This document shows, one piece after another, positions 39,771 to 49,014 of a DNA stretch of 64,000 nucleotides. Positions within the stretch are counted from its first letter, which is position 1, and each line of letters starts with the position of its first letter. The notes beneath the pieces are model-generated. The model ran no database searches, was not told the origin of the DNA, and saw only the letters and a list, made by a program, of their open reading frames with translations. The position numbers and the translations under genes were made by a program. Source of the stretch: Trueperaceae bacterium (GTDB lineage Bacteria > Deinococcota > Deinococci > Deinococcales > Trueperaceae). Where the stretch lies: contig OZ243913.1 in assembly GCA_965213705.1 (NCBI GenBank), positions 3,904,001 to 3,968,000 of the forward strand, given 5' to 3'.

Positions 39771-42700
39771 AAAGGTCGATGTCTACGACCTGCTGGACGG
39801 GGACGACGAAGAGAGGCTGTTGAGTTTGGTCGAGCAGGACAAGGTACAAAAGTACGCCGCTACCGAGTTCAAGTCCGACTTTGCGACGAAGTTGCGCAGC
39901 GACCTCGCGCTGCTTCAAACCGTGCAAAAGATGTGGCGGCGCATAGAAGACGACCCCAAGTTGGGGGCCTTCGAGCGGGAGCTTACGAAAAACCCGCTGC
40001 TCGAGGACAACAAGGTCATCGTGTTCAGCGAGTCGAAGGAAACGGCTCGCTATCTCTACGAACAGCTTGAAGACCGCTTTCCGAACCAGGTCTGCTTTTA
40101 TGCCAGCGGGGGCGGCGTCTACGGCGGGCAAACTTACAGCGTCGGCGCGGCCAGAGAGCTTATCCAGGCGAACTACAACCCGAACCACAGCAACCCGCGA
40201 GACGATGTCCGCATTCTGATTACCACCGACGTGCTGGCCGAAGGCATCAACCTCCACCGCTCGAACACCGTCGTCAACTACGACCTGCCCTGGAACCCGA
40301 CCCGCGTGCTGCAACGTGTCGGGCGCGTGAACCGCGTCGGCACCGAGCACAAAACCGTCTACGTGTTCAACTTTTTCCCGACCTCGCAGAGTGACGAGCA
40401 CTTAGGGTTAGAGGGCAACATCAAAGCCAAGCTGCAAGCGTTTCACGACACGTTGGGCGAGGACGCCAAGTACCTCTCCAGCGACGAAGAGGTCTCCACC
40501 CACGAGCTTTTCGGCGAGAAGTACGCCGACACGCTTTACCGCAAGCTCACCGACAAGGACGCGCTCGAGGCCGAGGAAGACGAGGCGACCGAACTCAAGT
40601 ACCTCAAACTCATCCGCGAGGTCCGGGACGAACAGCCGGACCTGTTCGAAACCGTCAAACGCCTGCCCAAAAAGGCGCGGAGCGGCAAGACGTGGCCGCA
40701 GGCGGAAAACGGGCAAGACCACCTGCTGACCTTTTTTCGCAAGGGCAAGCTCAAAAAGTTCGTGCTCGGGCGCGGCCAAGGCGAGCCGGTTGAACTCACC
40801 TTTTTGGACGCCGCCAGAATCGTCGCTTGCCGCCCCGAGACCGAGCGGTGCCAGGTGCCGAGTCCCTACTACAGTCTGCTCACGCGCAACAAAGAAGCGT
40901 TCAAACACGTCACCAGCGACGACCCGGTAGACCTGAGCGGCGGGGGCGGCGTGACCAACGAAAAACACATCTTGCAAGTGCTCAAATCCAGGGAGTTTCG
41001 GCACTTCAAGGGCTTTACCGACGAAGACGAACATTTTCTCAAGGCGGTACGCGAGGCGCTCGAGGCCGGATTGGTCGCCAAAAACACCGCCAAGCGCGTC
41101 AAGACCGACCTCAAAAACAGCTTGCAACCGCTCAAAGTCCTGGCCGTGTTGCGCAGAAACTTAGACGTTGCCCAGTTTCGGCAAACGGATGCAGAAGAGC
41201 ACCTGGACCCGCGTGAAGTGATTTTGTCCGAATACCTGGTTAGCAGTGAACCCGTAGGGAGTGAACCAGCATGAGACCCCAAGAAGCCGGCACCTTAGTC
41301 GAGGCCACCTTCAACCACAGCTATGACGAAGGGCGCTTCCGGCTGTTCGCCCGCAACTTGTTCGGCGACTTGGAGGAGAAAAGCGACCGCTGGGCCGGGA
41401 GCTATGTGCCCGAAGCTTTCCGGGGCTTTGTCAGCCAGTACGGGCGCCTGGGCAAGTTCGAGGACGCCGAGGGCTACAGCGTGGACGTGCTGGCCGTGAA
41501 GCTCAAAAGCGCCGCGCAGTTGGAACGCGCCCGTAGCGCCCAGCGCAACTTCATTGCCCGGTACTTAAACGGCGGGCGCGGCGACGTGCTCAGGGACGCC
41601 GCCCTGGTCGCGTTTTACGCCGACGACGACCCCGACTGGCGCTTCTCGCTCGTGCGGATGGACTACAGCCTCGACTTAGAGCACAACAAGCTGCGCAGAG
41701 ACCTCACCCCGGCGCGGCGCTACTCGTTTCTGGTCGGCCCGAGCGAGCGCACCCACACCGCCCAAAAGCAACTTTCCAAAGTCCTGACGGGCGACGCCCT
41801 CCCAACCCTGACCGCCCTCGAGCAAGCCTTCAACATCGAAACCGTCACCAAAGAGTTTTTCGAGAAGTACAAGGAGTTGTTCTTAAACCTCAAAGAGGCG
41901 CTGGACGCGCTGGTAGACGAGAACACGCGCGTCGCGCAAGAGTTCACGGCCAAGGACATCGACACCGCCAACTTCTCAAAACGCCTGCTCGGACAAATCG
42001 TGTTCCTGTACTTTTTGCAGAAAAAGGGCTGGCTGGGCGTGCAGCGTGGTGCGGCCTGGGTCGGCGGTCCCAAAGACTTTTTGCAGCGCCTCTTCGCCGG
42101 TGACTACGTCCGGTACGGCAACTTTTTCAACGACATTTTAGAACCCCTCTTTTACGAAGCCCTGGCCGTGGAGCGCAGCGAGCACTACTATTCCCGCTTC
42201 GACTGCGCCATCCCCTTTTTGAACGGCGGTCTGTTCGAACCCATTGGCGGCTACGACTGGGTGAACGTGGACATCCCGCTAAAGAACGAATTATTTGAGG
42301 ACATCTTCGGCGTGTTCGACCTCTACAACTTCACCGTGCGCGAGGACGAACCGCTCGACAAAGAGGTCGCGGTAGACCCCGAGATGCTGGGCAAGGTGTT
42401 CGAGAACCTGCTGGAAGTCACCGACCGCAAGAGCAGGGGAGCCTTTTACACGCCCCGCGAAATCGTCCACTACATGTGCCGGGAGAGTTTAATCAACTAC
42501 CTGGACACCGCGCTCAACACCGTCAAGCGCCCCTTGGCAAAGCAAGCCGCCAGCCAAGACGCCCTGTTCGGCAAGCCCCAGGCCCGACAAGAACCGTTGT
42601 ATGAAGAGGTCTACGAGGCGCGTGTGCCCAGAGAGGACATAGAAGCGTTCATCCGCTTAGGCGACGTGGCCCAGGAGCACGACGCCACCACGGTTCAAAA

Positions 42701-42890
42701 GGGCAAAGAGACCGAAGCCTACAGCTTCAAAACGCCCGAGAGCATCCGCGGGAGTGCCGGGGCCATCGACGACGCGCTTGCCAGCATTAAAATCTGCGAC
42801 CCGGCCATCGGTTCGGGCGCGTTCCCGGTCGGGATGATGAACGAAATCGTGCGGACACGTTCGGCGCTGACGCCGTACTTAGCTGCGGCC

Positions 42891-42985
42891 CCCCTTAACA
42901 AGGGGGGTTGGGGAGATTTAGCCCAGGCCACTCGAGAAGCAGCCGACAGAAGCAAATCCCCCCTTAGTCCCCCCTTGTTAAGGGG
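42891..42985. repeat. Palindromic REP/MITE-like element inserted in frame in the methyltransferase
   Basis: 17-bp IR ccccttaacaagggggg / ccccccttgttaagggg; encodes PLNKGGWGD...SPLSPPLLRG. Confidence 0.8.
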
Positions 42986-44070
42986 CGAAGGGAACGGACG
43001 AACCCCCTACGACTTCAAGCGCCACGCGATTCAAGAAAGCATTTACGGCGTGGACATAGACGCGAGCGCGGTGGACATCGCCAAGCTGAGGCTGTGGTTG
43101 TCGCTGGTGGTGGACGAGGACGACTTCGGGACGATTAAGCCGCTGCCGAACTTAGGTTACAAAATCGTCGAAGGCAACTCGGTGTTGAGTTTGGAAGGAG
43201 CCATCACCGACGGGCGTGAAATGCGTGACCTCGAGACCCTCAAACGCGCCTACTTCGGCGAGACCCGCGCCGGCAAAAAGCAAGAACTGAACCGGCGCAT
43301 CGACCAGACCCTCACCAACATCTTCCGGTCGGCGCAAGACTTCGGCTCGAGGGCGAACTTCGACTTTCGCATCCACTTCAGCGAGGTGTTTCACCAGCAG
43401 GGCGGCTTCGACGTGGTGATAGGCAACCCCCCCTACGTGCGCCAAGAAGCGCTGGGCGACTTGAAAGACCTGCTCAAAAAGTACGAGGCGTACCACGGCA
43501 GCGCCGACCTGTTCGTGTACTTTATCGAACTGGGCGTCAAGCTGCTCAAAAAGGGCGGCACGTTTGCCTACATCGTGGCGAACAAGTGGATGCGGGCGAA
43601 CTACGGCAAACCTCTTAGAGCGTGGCTCAAAAAGCAGCAACTTTTAACCATCATCGACTACGGCGACCTGCCCGTGTTCGAGACCGCCACCACCTACCCG
43701 TGCATTTTGTTCGTCGGCAAAGACAAGCCGAACGAAGAGGTGCAAGTGGTCAAGATGGAAGAACTCGCCTTCGAGCACTTGAGTCGCTATGTTGACGAAC
43801 GCAGCTACGCACAGACGCAGAAAGACCTCGAGGACGGCGGTTGGTCACTGGCAAACAGAGACGCGCAGAAGGTACTCGACAAAATAAGCAAGGTCGGCGT
43901 GCCCTTAGAGCAGTATATAGACGGAAAAATCTACCGTGGCGTTCTAACCGGACTCAACGAAGCCTTTGTGATTGACGAAGCAACCAAAAATAAGCTGATA
44001 GCCGAAGACCCCAAAAGCGCCGAAGTCATTAAACCGTTTTTAGCGGGGCGAGACATCAAAAAATTTTCAC

Positions 44071-44110
44071 CGCCGAAAAGCAAAAATTAGATAATTTTTG
44101 CTTTTCGGCG
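44071..44110. repeat. Perfect 19-bp inverted repeat with 2-nt spacer
   Basis: cgccgaaaagcaaaaatta-ga-taatttttgcttttcggcg. Confidence 0.95.
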
Positions 44111-44743
44111 AAATTTTGACATTGAGGAGTATCCTGCAATTAAAAAACACTTGAGCCAGTTTAAGGACAGACTCACACCCAAACCGAAAGGTTGGACGGG
44201 TGCAGACTGGCAGGGGCGGAAGCCAGGGTCTTATAAGTGGTATGAAATTCAAGACGCAGTTGATTACTATGAAGAGTTTGAAAAGCCTAAAATTATGTAT
44301 CTTGTATTTCAGGTAAGACCCACCTTTACCTTTGACTCGAGCGGAACTTACGGAAATAATGCTATCTGGATTATTCCAAAGGACGATAAATTTTTGCTGG
44401 GAGTTCTCAATTCAAAAATAGGTTGGTTCCTTATTTCTAATTACTGTACTCAAATCCAGAACGGGTATCAGCTTATCTTCAAATACCTCGGTCGAATCCC
44501 CATCCGCACCATCGACCCCTCCAACCCCTCGGACAAGCAAAAACACGATTCTATGGTGGAACGTGTCGAAACCATGCTCGCGCTGCACGAACAAAAGGGG
44601 GCGGCGACGGAGCAGGGCGAGCGCGCCCGCTTGGAGCGGGAGATTGCGGCGACGGATGAACAAATCGACACGCTTGTCTACGAGCTTTACGACCTGACGG
44701 ATGAGGAGATTGCTATGGTCGAAGAAGCGGTGGCGGGGTAGCG

Positions 44744-44992
44744 GTGAACTACGACATCGGCTTTAAACCTCGAGCGGTCAAAGACTTAAAAGCGCTAGAC
44801 CAGCGCGAAAGCGCGCGCATATCTGAAAAAATAGAGGCTATGCGGGATAACCTGACGGGAGACGTAAAAAAACTTACCGACTTTACGCCGGAGTACCGCC
44901 TACGTGTCGGCAACTACCGCGTCCTCTTTACCCTCGAAGATAATAAGGTTGTCGTTTACCGCGTTCGTCACCGCAAAGACGTGTATAGATAA
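44744..44992 (+). CDS. RelE/ParE family toxin
   Basis: RAVKDLKAL, KKL, YRLRVGNYRVLF, RHRKDVY. Confidence 0.9.
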   Translation: MNYDIGFKPRAVKDLKALDQRESARISEKIEAMRDNLTGDVKKLTDFTPEYRLRVGNYRVLFTLEDNKVVVYRVRHRKDVYR

Positions 44993-45006
44993 GAAGGGAT
45001 TGTTCC

Positions 45007-45210
45007 GTGGCCGATTTAGCTTTGCATCCAGAGTTCTTAGTCAAAAATGGCAAGAGAGAATTTGTCGTACTGCCTTACGAAGAGTTTGAGGCTTTGCAAG
45101 AAGTTCTTGCCGACGCGCAAGACCTCATCGACTTGCGAGCAGCCAAAGAAGAGGAAGGTGACGCCCCTACGCTGTCGCTGGAGGAAGTCAAGCGGCAGTT
45201 GGGCTTCTAG
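45007..45210 (+). CDS. Phd/YefM-like antitoxin
   Basis: KNGKREFVVLPYEEFEALQE; acidic tail ending SLEEVKRQLG. Confidence 0.8.
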   Translation: MADLALHPEFLVKNGKREFVVLPYEEFEALQEVLADAQDLIDLRAAKEEEGDAPTLSLEEVKRQLGF

Positions 45211-45257
45211 TTTGAAGGAGCAACCTGTGGGATTTGGACCGTCAAAGGGAGTATCGC

Positions 45258-45509
45258 ATGAGCGTTGAAGAAGCTGTTGTGGAAAAACTGCGAATGTTGC
45301 CCCCTGAGCGGCGGCGGGAGGTGCTCGAGTTTGCGGAATTTTTGGAGAGCAAGTCACATTTGCCGATAGACGAGTTCGAGCGGCTGCAAACTTTTATCGA
45401 GGACGCTCAGGACTTGTTCTTGCTTAGACAAGCAAAGGCCGAGGACGACGGCGAAAGAATTTCTCTGGCTGAGGTAGAGGCGCGTTTGGGCTTGACTGAA
45501 CAGCCGTAA
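45258..45509 (+). CDS. DUF2281-like domain fused to antitoxin-like C-terminus
   Basis: LPPERRREVLEFAEFL; C-terminal half parallels the upstream antitoxin. Confidence 0.7.
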   Translation: MSVEEAVVEKLRMLPPERRREVLEFAEFLESKSHLPIDEFERLQTFIEDAQDLFLLRQAKAEDDGERISLAEVEARLGLTEQP

Positions 45510-45519
45510 GCTATGACGC

Positions 45520-45579
45520 GAACTTTACGACCTGACGGACGAGGAAATTGAGATTCTGGAAGAATCTATCTCTAAATAG
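45520..45579 (+). repeat. Second copy of the methyltransferase 3' end (ELYDLTDEEIEILEESISK*)
   Basis: ctttacgacctgacgga identical to 44685-44701. Confidence 0.85.
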
Positions 45580-45582
45580 GGA

Positions 45583-47478
45583 CTATTCTGCTTCCGGCGC
45601 TGTGTAAGCCTGAGCCTGGTGAGATGGACTTTCAGGATAACGCATGAGCAAACGACCGTCAGTCACCAACCTACTGATGTACTGCCGAATGGTTTGCGGC
45701 TTACGGTTTAGCAGCTTTGCGATTTCACGAATGCTGAGGTGTTTGCCTCGGGCGGCTTCGATAATTGCTAGTTCCAACTGTTCCTTCGGCATCCTTTTGT
45801 ATTCACGCGCCCTCTGAATCAGCGGGTGGGCCTGTTGATTTTGAGGATTAGCCTGTTGACCTGCCTGTTGATTTTGAGGGCTAGCCTGTTGATTTTGAAG
45901 ATTAGCCTGTTGACCTCGCGTGAAGAGATTGGGTCTGTTGTCCAGCACATCGACTAGCTGATAAGTTGTGCCGCTGGCTACACCGCTGGAAACCACGAAA
46001 CCGTTTTCCTTTAGCCCACGCAGCATTTTGGTGATGTCGGCAGGGTGCTGGTCGCTCATTTCTTGCAAGCGTTTGTTACTCACCGAGCCTTCGCGCAAGG
46101 CGGTAATCAATGCCAACCTTTGGTGTTGGTCCAAAGCGGTGTAACGGTTACCGAATTTTGCCGCCAATATTTCGGTGAACTCTTCGGGTACGAGGCTTTG
46201 CATGGTCAGCTCGAGGGTGACTTGTTCGGGCTGGGTGTTTTCGCTCAAAACGGGGTCTCGCCAATCCTGAGAACGCCAGGCCCGCAGAATCTTGGGGATA
46301 CCCGTGCCCGCACGGTCAGCAGCACCAATCAGGTAAAAAATTTGGAAGAGCGCGGGATTGCGCTGATCGCTTTGTCCCCCTTGCTCGTTCAAAATCACAC
46401 TTTTGGGCAGCCGCAAGCGACCGGGGTTGACAAAGACGAACTTGTGCGCGTACTTGTGAATAAGAATACCTGTAGTAGAGCTGTGGTCGGCATGAACGAG
46501 GGCATTCACCAGGGCCTCGCGCAAGGCGCTGTGAATAGGTGTGTTGTCCACCCTACGAGCGCCTTCTAGCTGAAAAGGAACTTTTAGGTCGGCCGTCAAC
46601 TTGGCATAAACACGCCGAAAGAAGTCGTACAAGTTGCCCGACCATGCGCCGTCGTTGATAACCCGGTCGGTCCAGCGTTGCTCGGGGTCTAGGTTACGCT
46701 CTTGATAGTCGAGCTGAAAGTGGGGCAACTTCTCCTTGAGCGCCAAATGATTCCCAAAGGTGAGGAGGCCTGCCAGTGTCAGCCCCTCTCGTCCAGTCTG
46801 CCGGTCGCGCCGCCACGCCCCTATAGACGTAAGAAAGTCCAAATCATCCTGGGTAGCCCTGTTACCGCCAGAACGTTCTAAACGGAACTCTTGACGGTAG
46901 GCGTCTAAGGATTCCCTACTCAGGTCACTCAGCGTGTAGTGCTCGAGGATGTCGTTGTCTTTGGTATCGTCACTCGCCTCGGCAAACATCCGGCGTACTG
47001 TCGCCTCACTGCAAAGGTGGTCGCCGTCGTTGAAGCGCTGGTAAGTACCACGCATAGGATTGTCGTTGATGTAGACAGGGCGGTCTTTGCGGGTAGCAGG
47101 TGGCACGTGAAGGATGAGCAGGTGGGCATCCTCACAAACGAGATGTTGGACATGCTGATTAGTTAGGATATTTTTGTTGACCTTGCTCTTATTGTTGACT
47201 GTGTTCCAGAAGTCTTTTTCTAGGTTTGTCACGCTCTGAAGACCTATGGGCTGCAACGTGCCGTCGTCAAGTTCCTTAGCACCGAGCACTATCTTACCGC
47301 CTTGGGTGTTGGAGAACGAACTGTAACTTTCCCAAATACTCTTGGGAAGTTTGCCCTCACCCTCTCTACCTCGCGCATCTTTTACTTCACACTGATACGA
47401 CTCCGTCAGGGTGTTCAGCTCATCACAATCTATCTGTTCCGGGTTGTTTCGTCTTTGAAATGTAGGTGCTGCACCCAT
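45583..47478 (-). CDS. AlbA_2/Schlafen-like domain + HATPase_c_4 + winged HTH protein
   Basis: EVK...YSSFSNTQGGKIVLG; REALVNALVHAD; RNP; DRAGTGIPKI; C-terminal HTH. Confidence 0.8.
   Translation of the reverse strand: MGAAPTFQRRNNPEQIDCDELNTLTESYQCEVKDARGREGEGKLPKSIWESYSSFSNTQGGKIVLGAKELDDGTLQPIGLQSVTNLEKDFWNTVNNKSKVNKNILTNQHVQHLVCEDAHLLILHVPPATRKDRPVYINDNPMRGTYQRFNDGDHLCSEATVRRMFAEASDDTKDNDILEHYTLSDLSRESLDAYRQEFRLERSGGNRATQDDLDFLTSIGAWRRDRQTGREGLTLAGLLTFGNHLALKEKLPHFQLDYQERNLDPEQRWTDRVINDGAWSGNLYDFFRRVYAKLTADLKVPFQLEGARRVDNTPIHSALREALVNALVHADHSSTTGILIHKYAHKFVFVNPGRLRLPKSVILNEQGGQSDQRNPALFQIFYLIGAADRAGTGIPKILRAWRSQDWRDPVLSENTQPEQVTLELTMQSLVPEEFTEILAAKFGNRYTALDQHQRLALITALREGSVSNKRLQEMSDQHPADITKMLRGLKENGFVVSSGVASGTTYQLVDVLDNRPNLFTRGQQANLQNQQASPQNQQAGQQANPQNQQAHPLIQRAREYKRMPKEQLELAIIEAARGKHLSIREIAKLLNRKPQTIRQYISRLVTDGRLLMRYPESPSHQAQAYTAPEAE
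45830..45916 (-). repeat. Gln-rich tandem repeats (QQANLQN-type, mostly 21 nt) in linker
   Basis: Repeated gcctgttgattttga/gcctgttgacct units. Confidence 0.85.
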
Positions 47479-47765
47479 CAGAAAATTTTAGCATCTCCCG
47501 ATCCAGGGCATTTACCTGAAACGTAGCAACGCTCGAGCGGATGAAAACGGCTTGAGTGTTGTTACGGGCGTTGAAAAAACCCTGTCGAGGGCGCAACGAG
47601 AGGAGCGCGCTGGTATCCCGGTGACTCTAAGGGAATTGAATCTTAGTTCTAAAATGTAATCGGATGCAATCCAGATGCAATTAAATTGAAAAATTAAGTC
47701 CAGCACGGCAAAAGATACAAATCCACCGAAGCTCAAACATGCAATAAATAGCCAGTAACAGAGCA

Positions 47766-47996
47766 TCTGTCCCTTACACATTGAGCCAACCCTGGCGACC
47801 GAGCCACCTATGGGATGGTTAGAATGGTTAACACATGCTGGACCCACAACGACAAAAAGCTACAGAGCAGGGCGAGCGCGCTCGCTTAGAGCGCGAGATT
47901 GCGGCGACGGACGCTGCTATCGACGCGCTTGTTTATGAGCTTTACGACCTGACGGACGAGGAGATTGCTATTGTCGAAAATTCTACAGCGCGGTAA
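47766..47996 (+). pseudogene. Third, longer copy of the methyltransferase 3' end with decayed 5' side
   Basis: ATEQGERARLEREIAATDAAIDALVYELYDLTDEEIAIVE* vs ATEQGERARLEREIAATDEQIDTLVYELYDLTDEEIAMVE; frameshifted NPGDRA..MV..V..ML upstream. Confidence 0.9.
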
Positions 47997-48031
47997 GGTA
48001 AGGGCAACATGAAGCATTTTTGTGATATAGC

Positions 48032-48060
48032 TTGCCAAAATATTCTATATATGTTATATT
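48032..48060 (+). promoter_or_regulatory. Promoter with overlapping imperfect palindrome for the TAC operon
   Basis: TTGCCA-17 bp-TATATT with TGn extension; aatattctatatatgttatatt. Confidence 0.55.
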
Positions 48061-48076
48061 ATGGTTGGTACGATTA

Positions 48077-48463
48077 GTGAAGGAGTCTTGGCGTGTTGCT
48101 TACTTCAAAGATGAGAAAGGTAGTGTTCCCGTCAAGGAATTTTTCGAGCTACCGAGCGTTATAGGTATTACTGAAGGTGAGAAGAAAGTGTTTAAACAGC
48201 GTTTAAAGTGGGTACGGCAAAGAGGGTTAGGACTTGCTGAAAGGCGGGGTGATGTTTTGGAACATCTCAAGAACGAAGGAAACCTTTATTCGCTTCGCAT
48301 TCCCAGCAAACCGAACAACCCTCGCGTTCTACTCTGCTCTATTCCAGGCAGTAATCAATTCGCTTTGCTGCACGCCTTTAAAGAGAAAAACTCGCGCGAT
48401 TACAAGAGAGCAATCAGTGTAGCCAAAGGACGACGAGACCGACTTCTCGCAACTGTAAAGTGA
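48077..48463 (+). CDS. HigB/RelE (Gp49-like) toxin
   Basis: WRVAYFKDEKGSVPVKEF, LYSLR, LLHAFKEK, IxxAxxR; GTG start chosen. Confidence 0.8.
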   Translation: MKESWRVAYFKDEKGSVPVKEFFELPSVIGITEGEKKVFKQRLKWVRQRGLGLAERRGDVLEHLKNEGNLYSLRIPSKPNNPRVLLCSIPGSNQFALLHAFKEKNSRDYKRAISVAKGRRDRLLATVK

Positions 48464-48480
48464 AGACTGGAGCTGTACTC

Positions 48481-49014
48481 ATGGCAAAAGATGAAACTAC
48501 AAACAATACCTACTTGGACTCTGAAACGGACGTGTTGGAGCATTTGGGCAGCCTGATTCCTGATACGCCCGAAATGCGCCGCGTGGGTAAGCAGGAGTGG
48601 TTCCGCTTGCTGTTGACGGACGCCATGATAGAAGCGCGCAAGCGTGCCGGTTTGACGCAGAAAGAAGTCGCTAAAGAACTCGGCGCAACCCAGAGCTGGG
48701 TGTCCAAGCTCGAGAGCGCCAACCACGACCACGGGGTCGAGTCGGTGGTGTCTCACCTGGACGCAGTCGGGGCTGAACTGCTGATGGCGGTCAAGGTCGG
48801 CGATGATTTGATTCAGGTCGAAACCAGTGAAGAAGATGTCCTGGTGAACATTCCTGTCTGCTACCAGGATGAGGCTTTAGAAGCCGGTATGACCTTGCGA
48901 GATTTCATCTGCTCACGGCTCGAGGAATACCGTTGGAGAGATGGTGTGAGCGTTTTCGACGTGCCGGAGGGCTTCGCTCGGTTTGATACTGAAGAGGGCT
49001 ATACCCTCCGCTGA
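48481..49014 (+). CDS. HigA-like Xre HTH antitoxin with C-terminal extension
   Basis: ARKRAGLTQKEVAKELGATQSWVSKLE; about 70 extra residues after the HTH domain. Confidence 0.8.
   Translation: MAKDETTNNTYLDSETDVLEHLGSLIPDTPEMRRVGKQEWFRLLLTDAMIEARKRAGLTQKEVAKELGATQSWVSKLESANHDHGVESVVSHLDAVGAELLMAVKVGDDLIQVETSEEDVLVNIPVCYQDEALEAGMTLRDFICSRLEEYRWRDGVSVFDVPEGFARFDTEEGYTLR

Larger units (their letters stand above)
37251..41274 (+). pseudogene. PLD-nuclease/SF2 (SNF2-like) helicase interrupted by IS1; 1078 aa when reconstituted
   Basis: HAKVY...GSSN (PLD), DVVGLGKT, DEAH, SAT, TDVLAEGINL, QRVGRVNR; removing the IS and one TSD gives in-frame ISKKVDVYDLLDG. Confidence 0.9.
41271..44741 (+). pseudogene. 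Eco57I/type IIG-like adenine methyltransferase with TaqI_C-like TRD; single in-frame TAG at 44088-44090
   Basis: FLNGGLF, FYTPR, DPAIGSGAF, GNPPY; ORFs 41271-44090 and 44151-44741 share one frame (SKN*IIFAFRRNFDIEEYPAIKKHL). Confidence 0.88.

Noticed and set aside
44088..44090. TAG as pyrrolysine or recoded stop
   Set aside because: TAG is a normal stop elsewhere in the window and no pyl genes are seen; the palindrome explains it better
47630..47765. Possible degenerate alternative TRD upstream of tail copy 3
   Set aside because: AT-rich with stops; similarity too weak to support by eye
44685..47956. Tail repeats as a CRISPR array or integron attC sites
   Set aside because: Spacing is 0.8-2.4 kb, the repeats are protein-coding with synonymous changes, and no cas genes, attC structure or intI are visible
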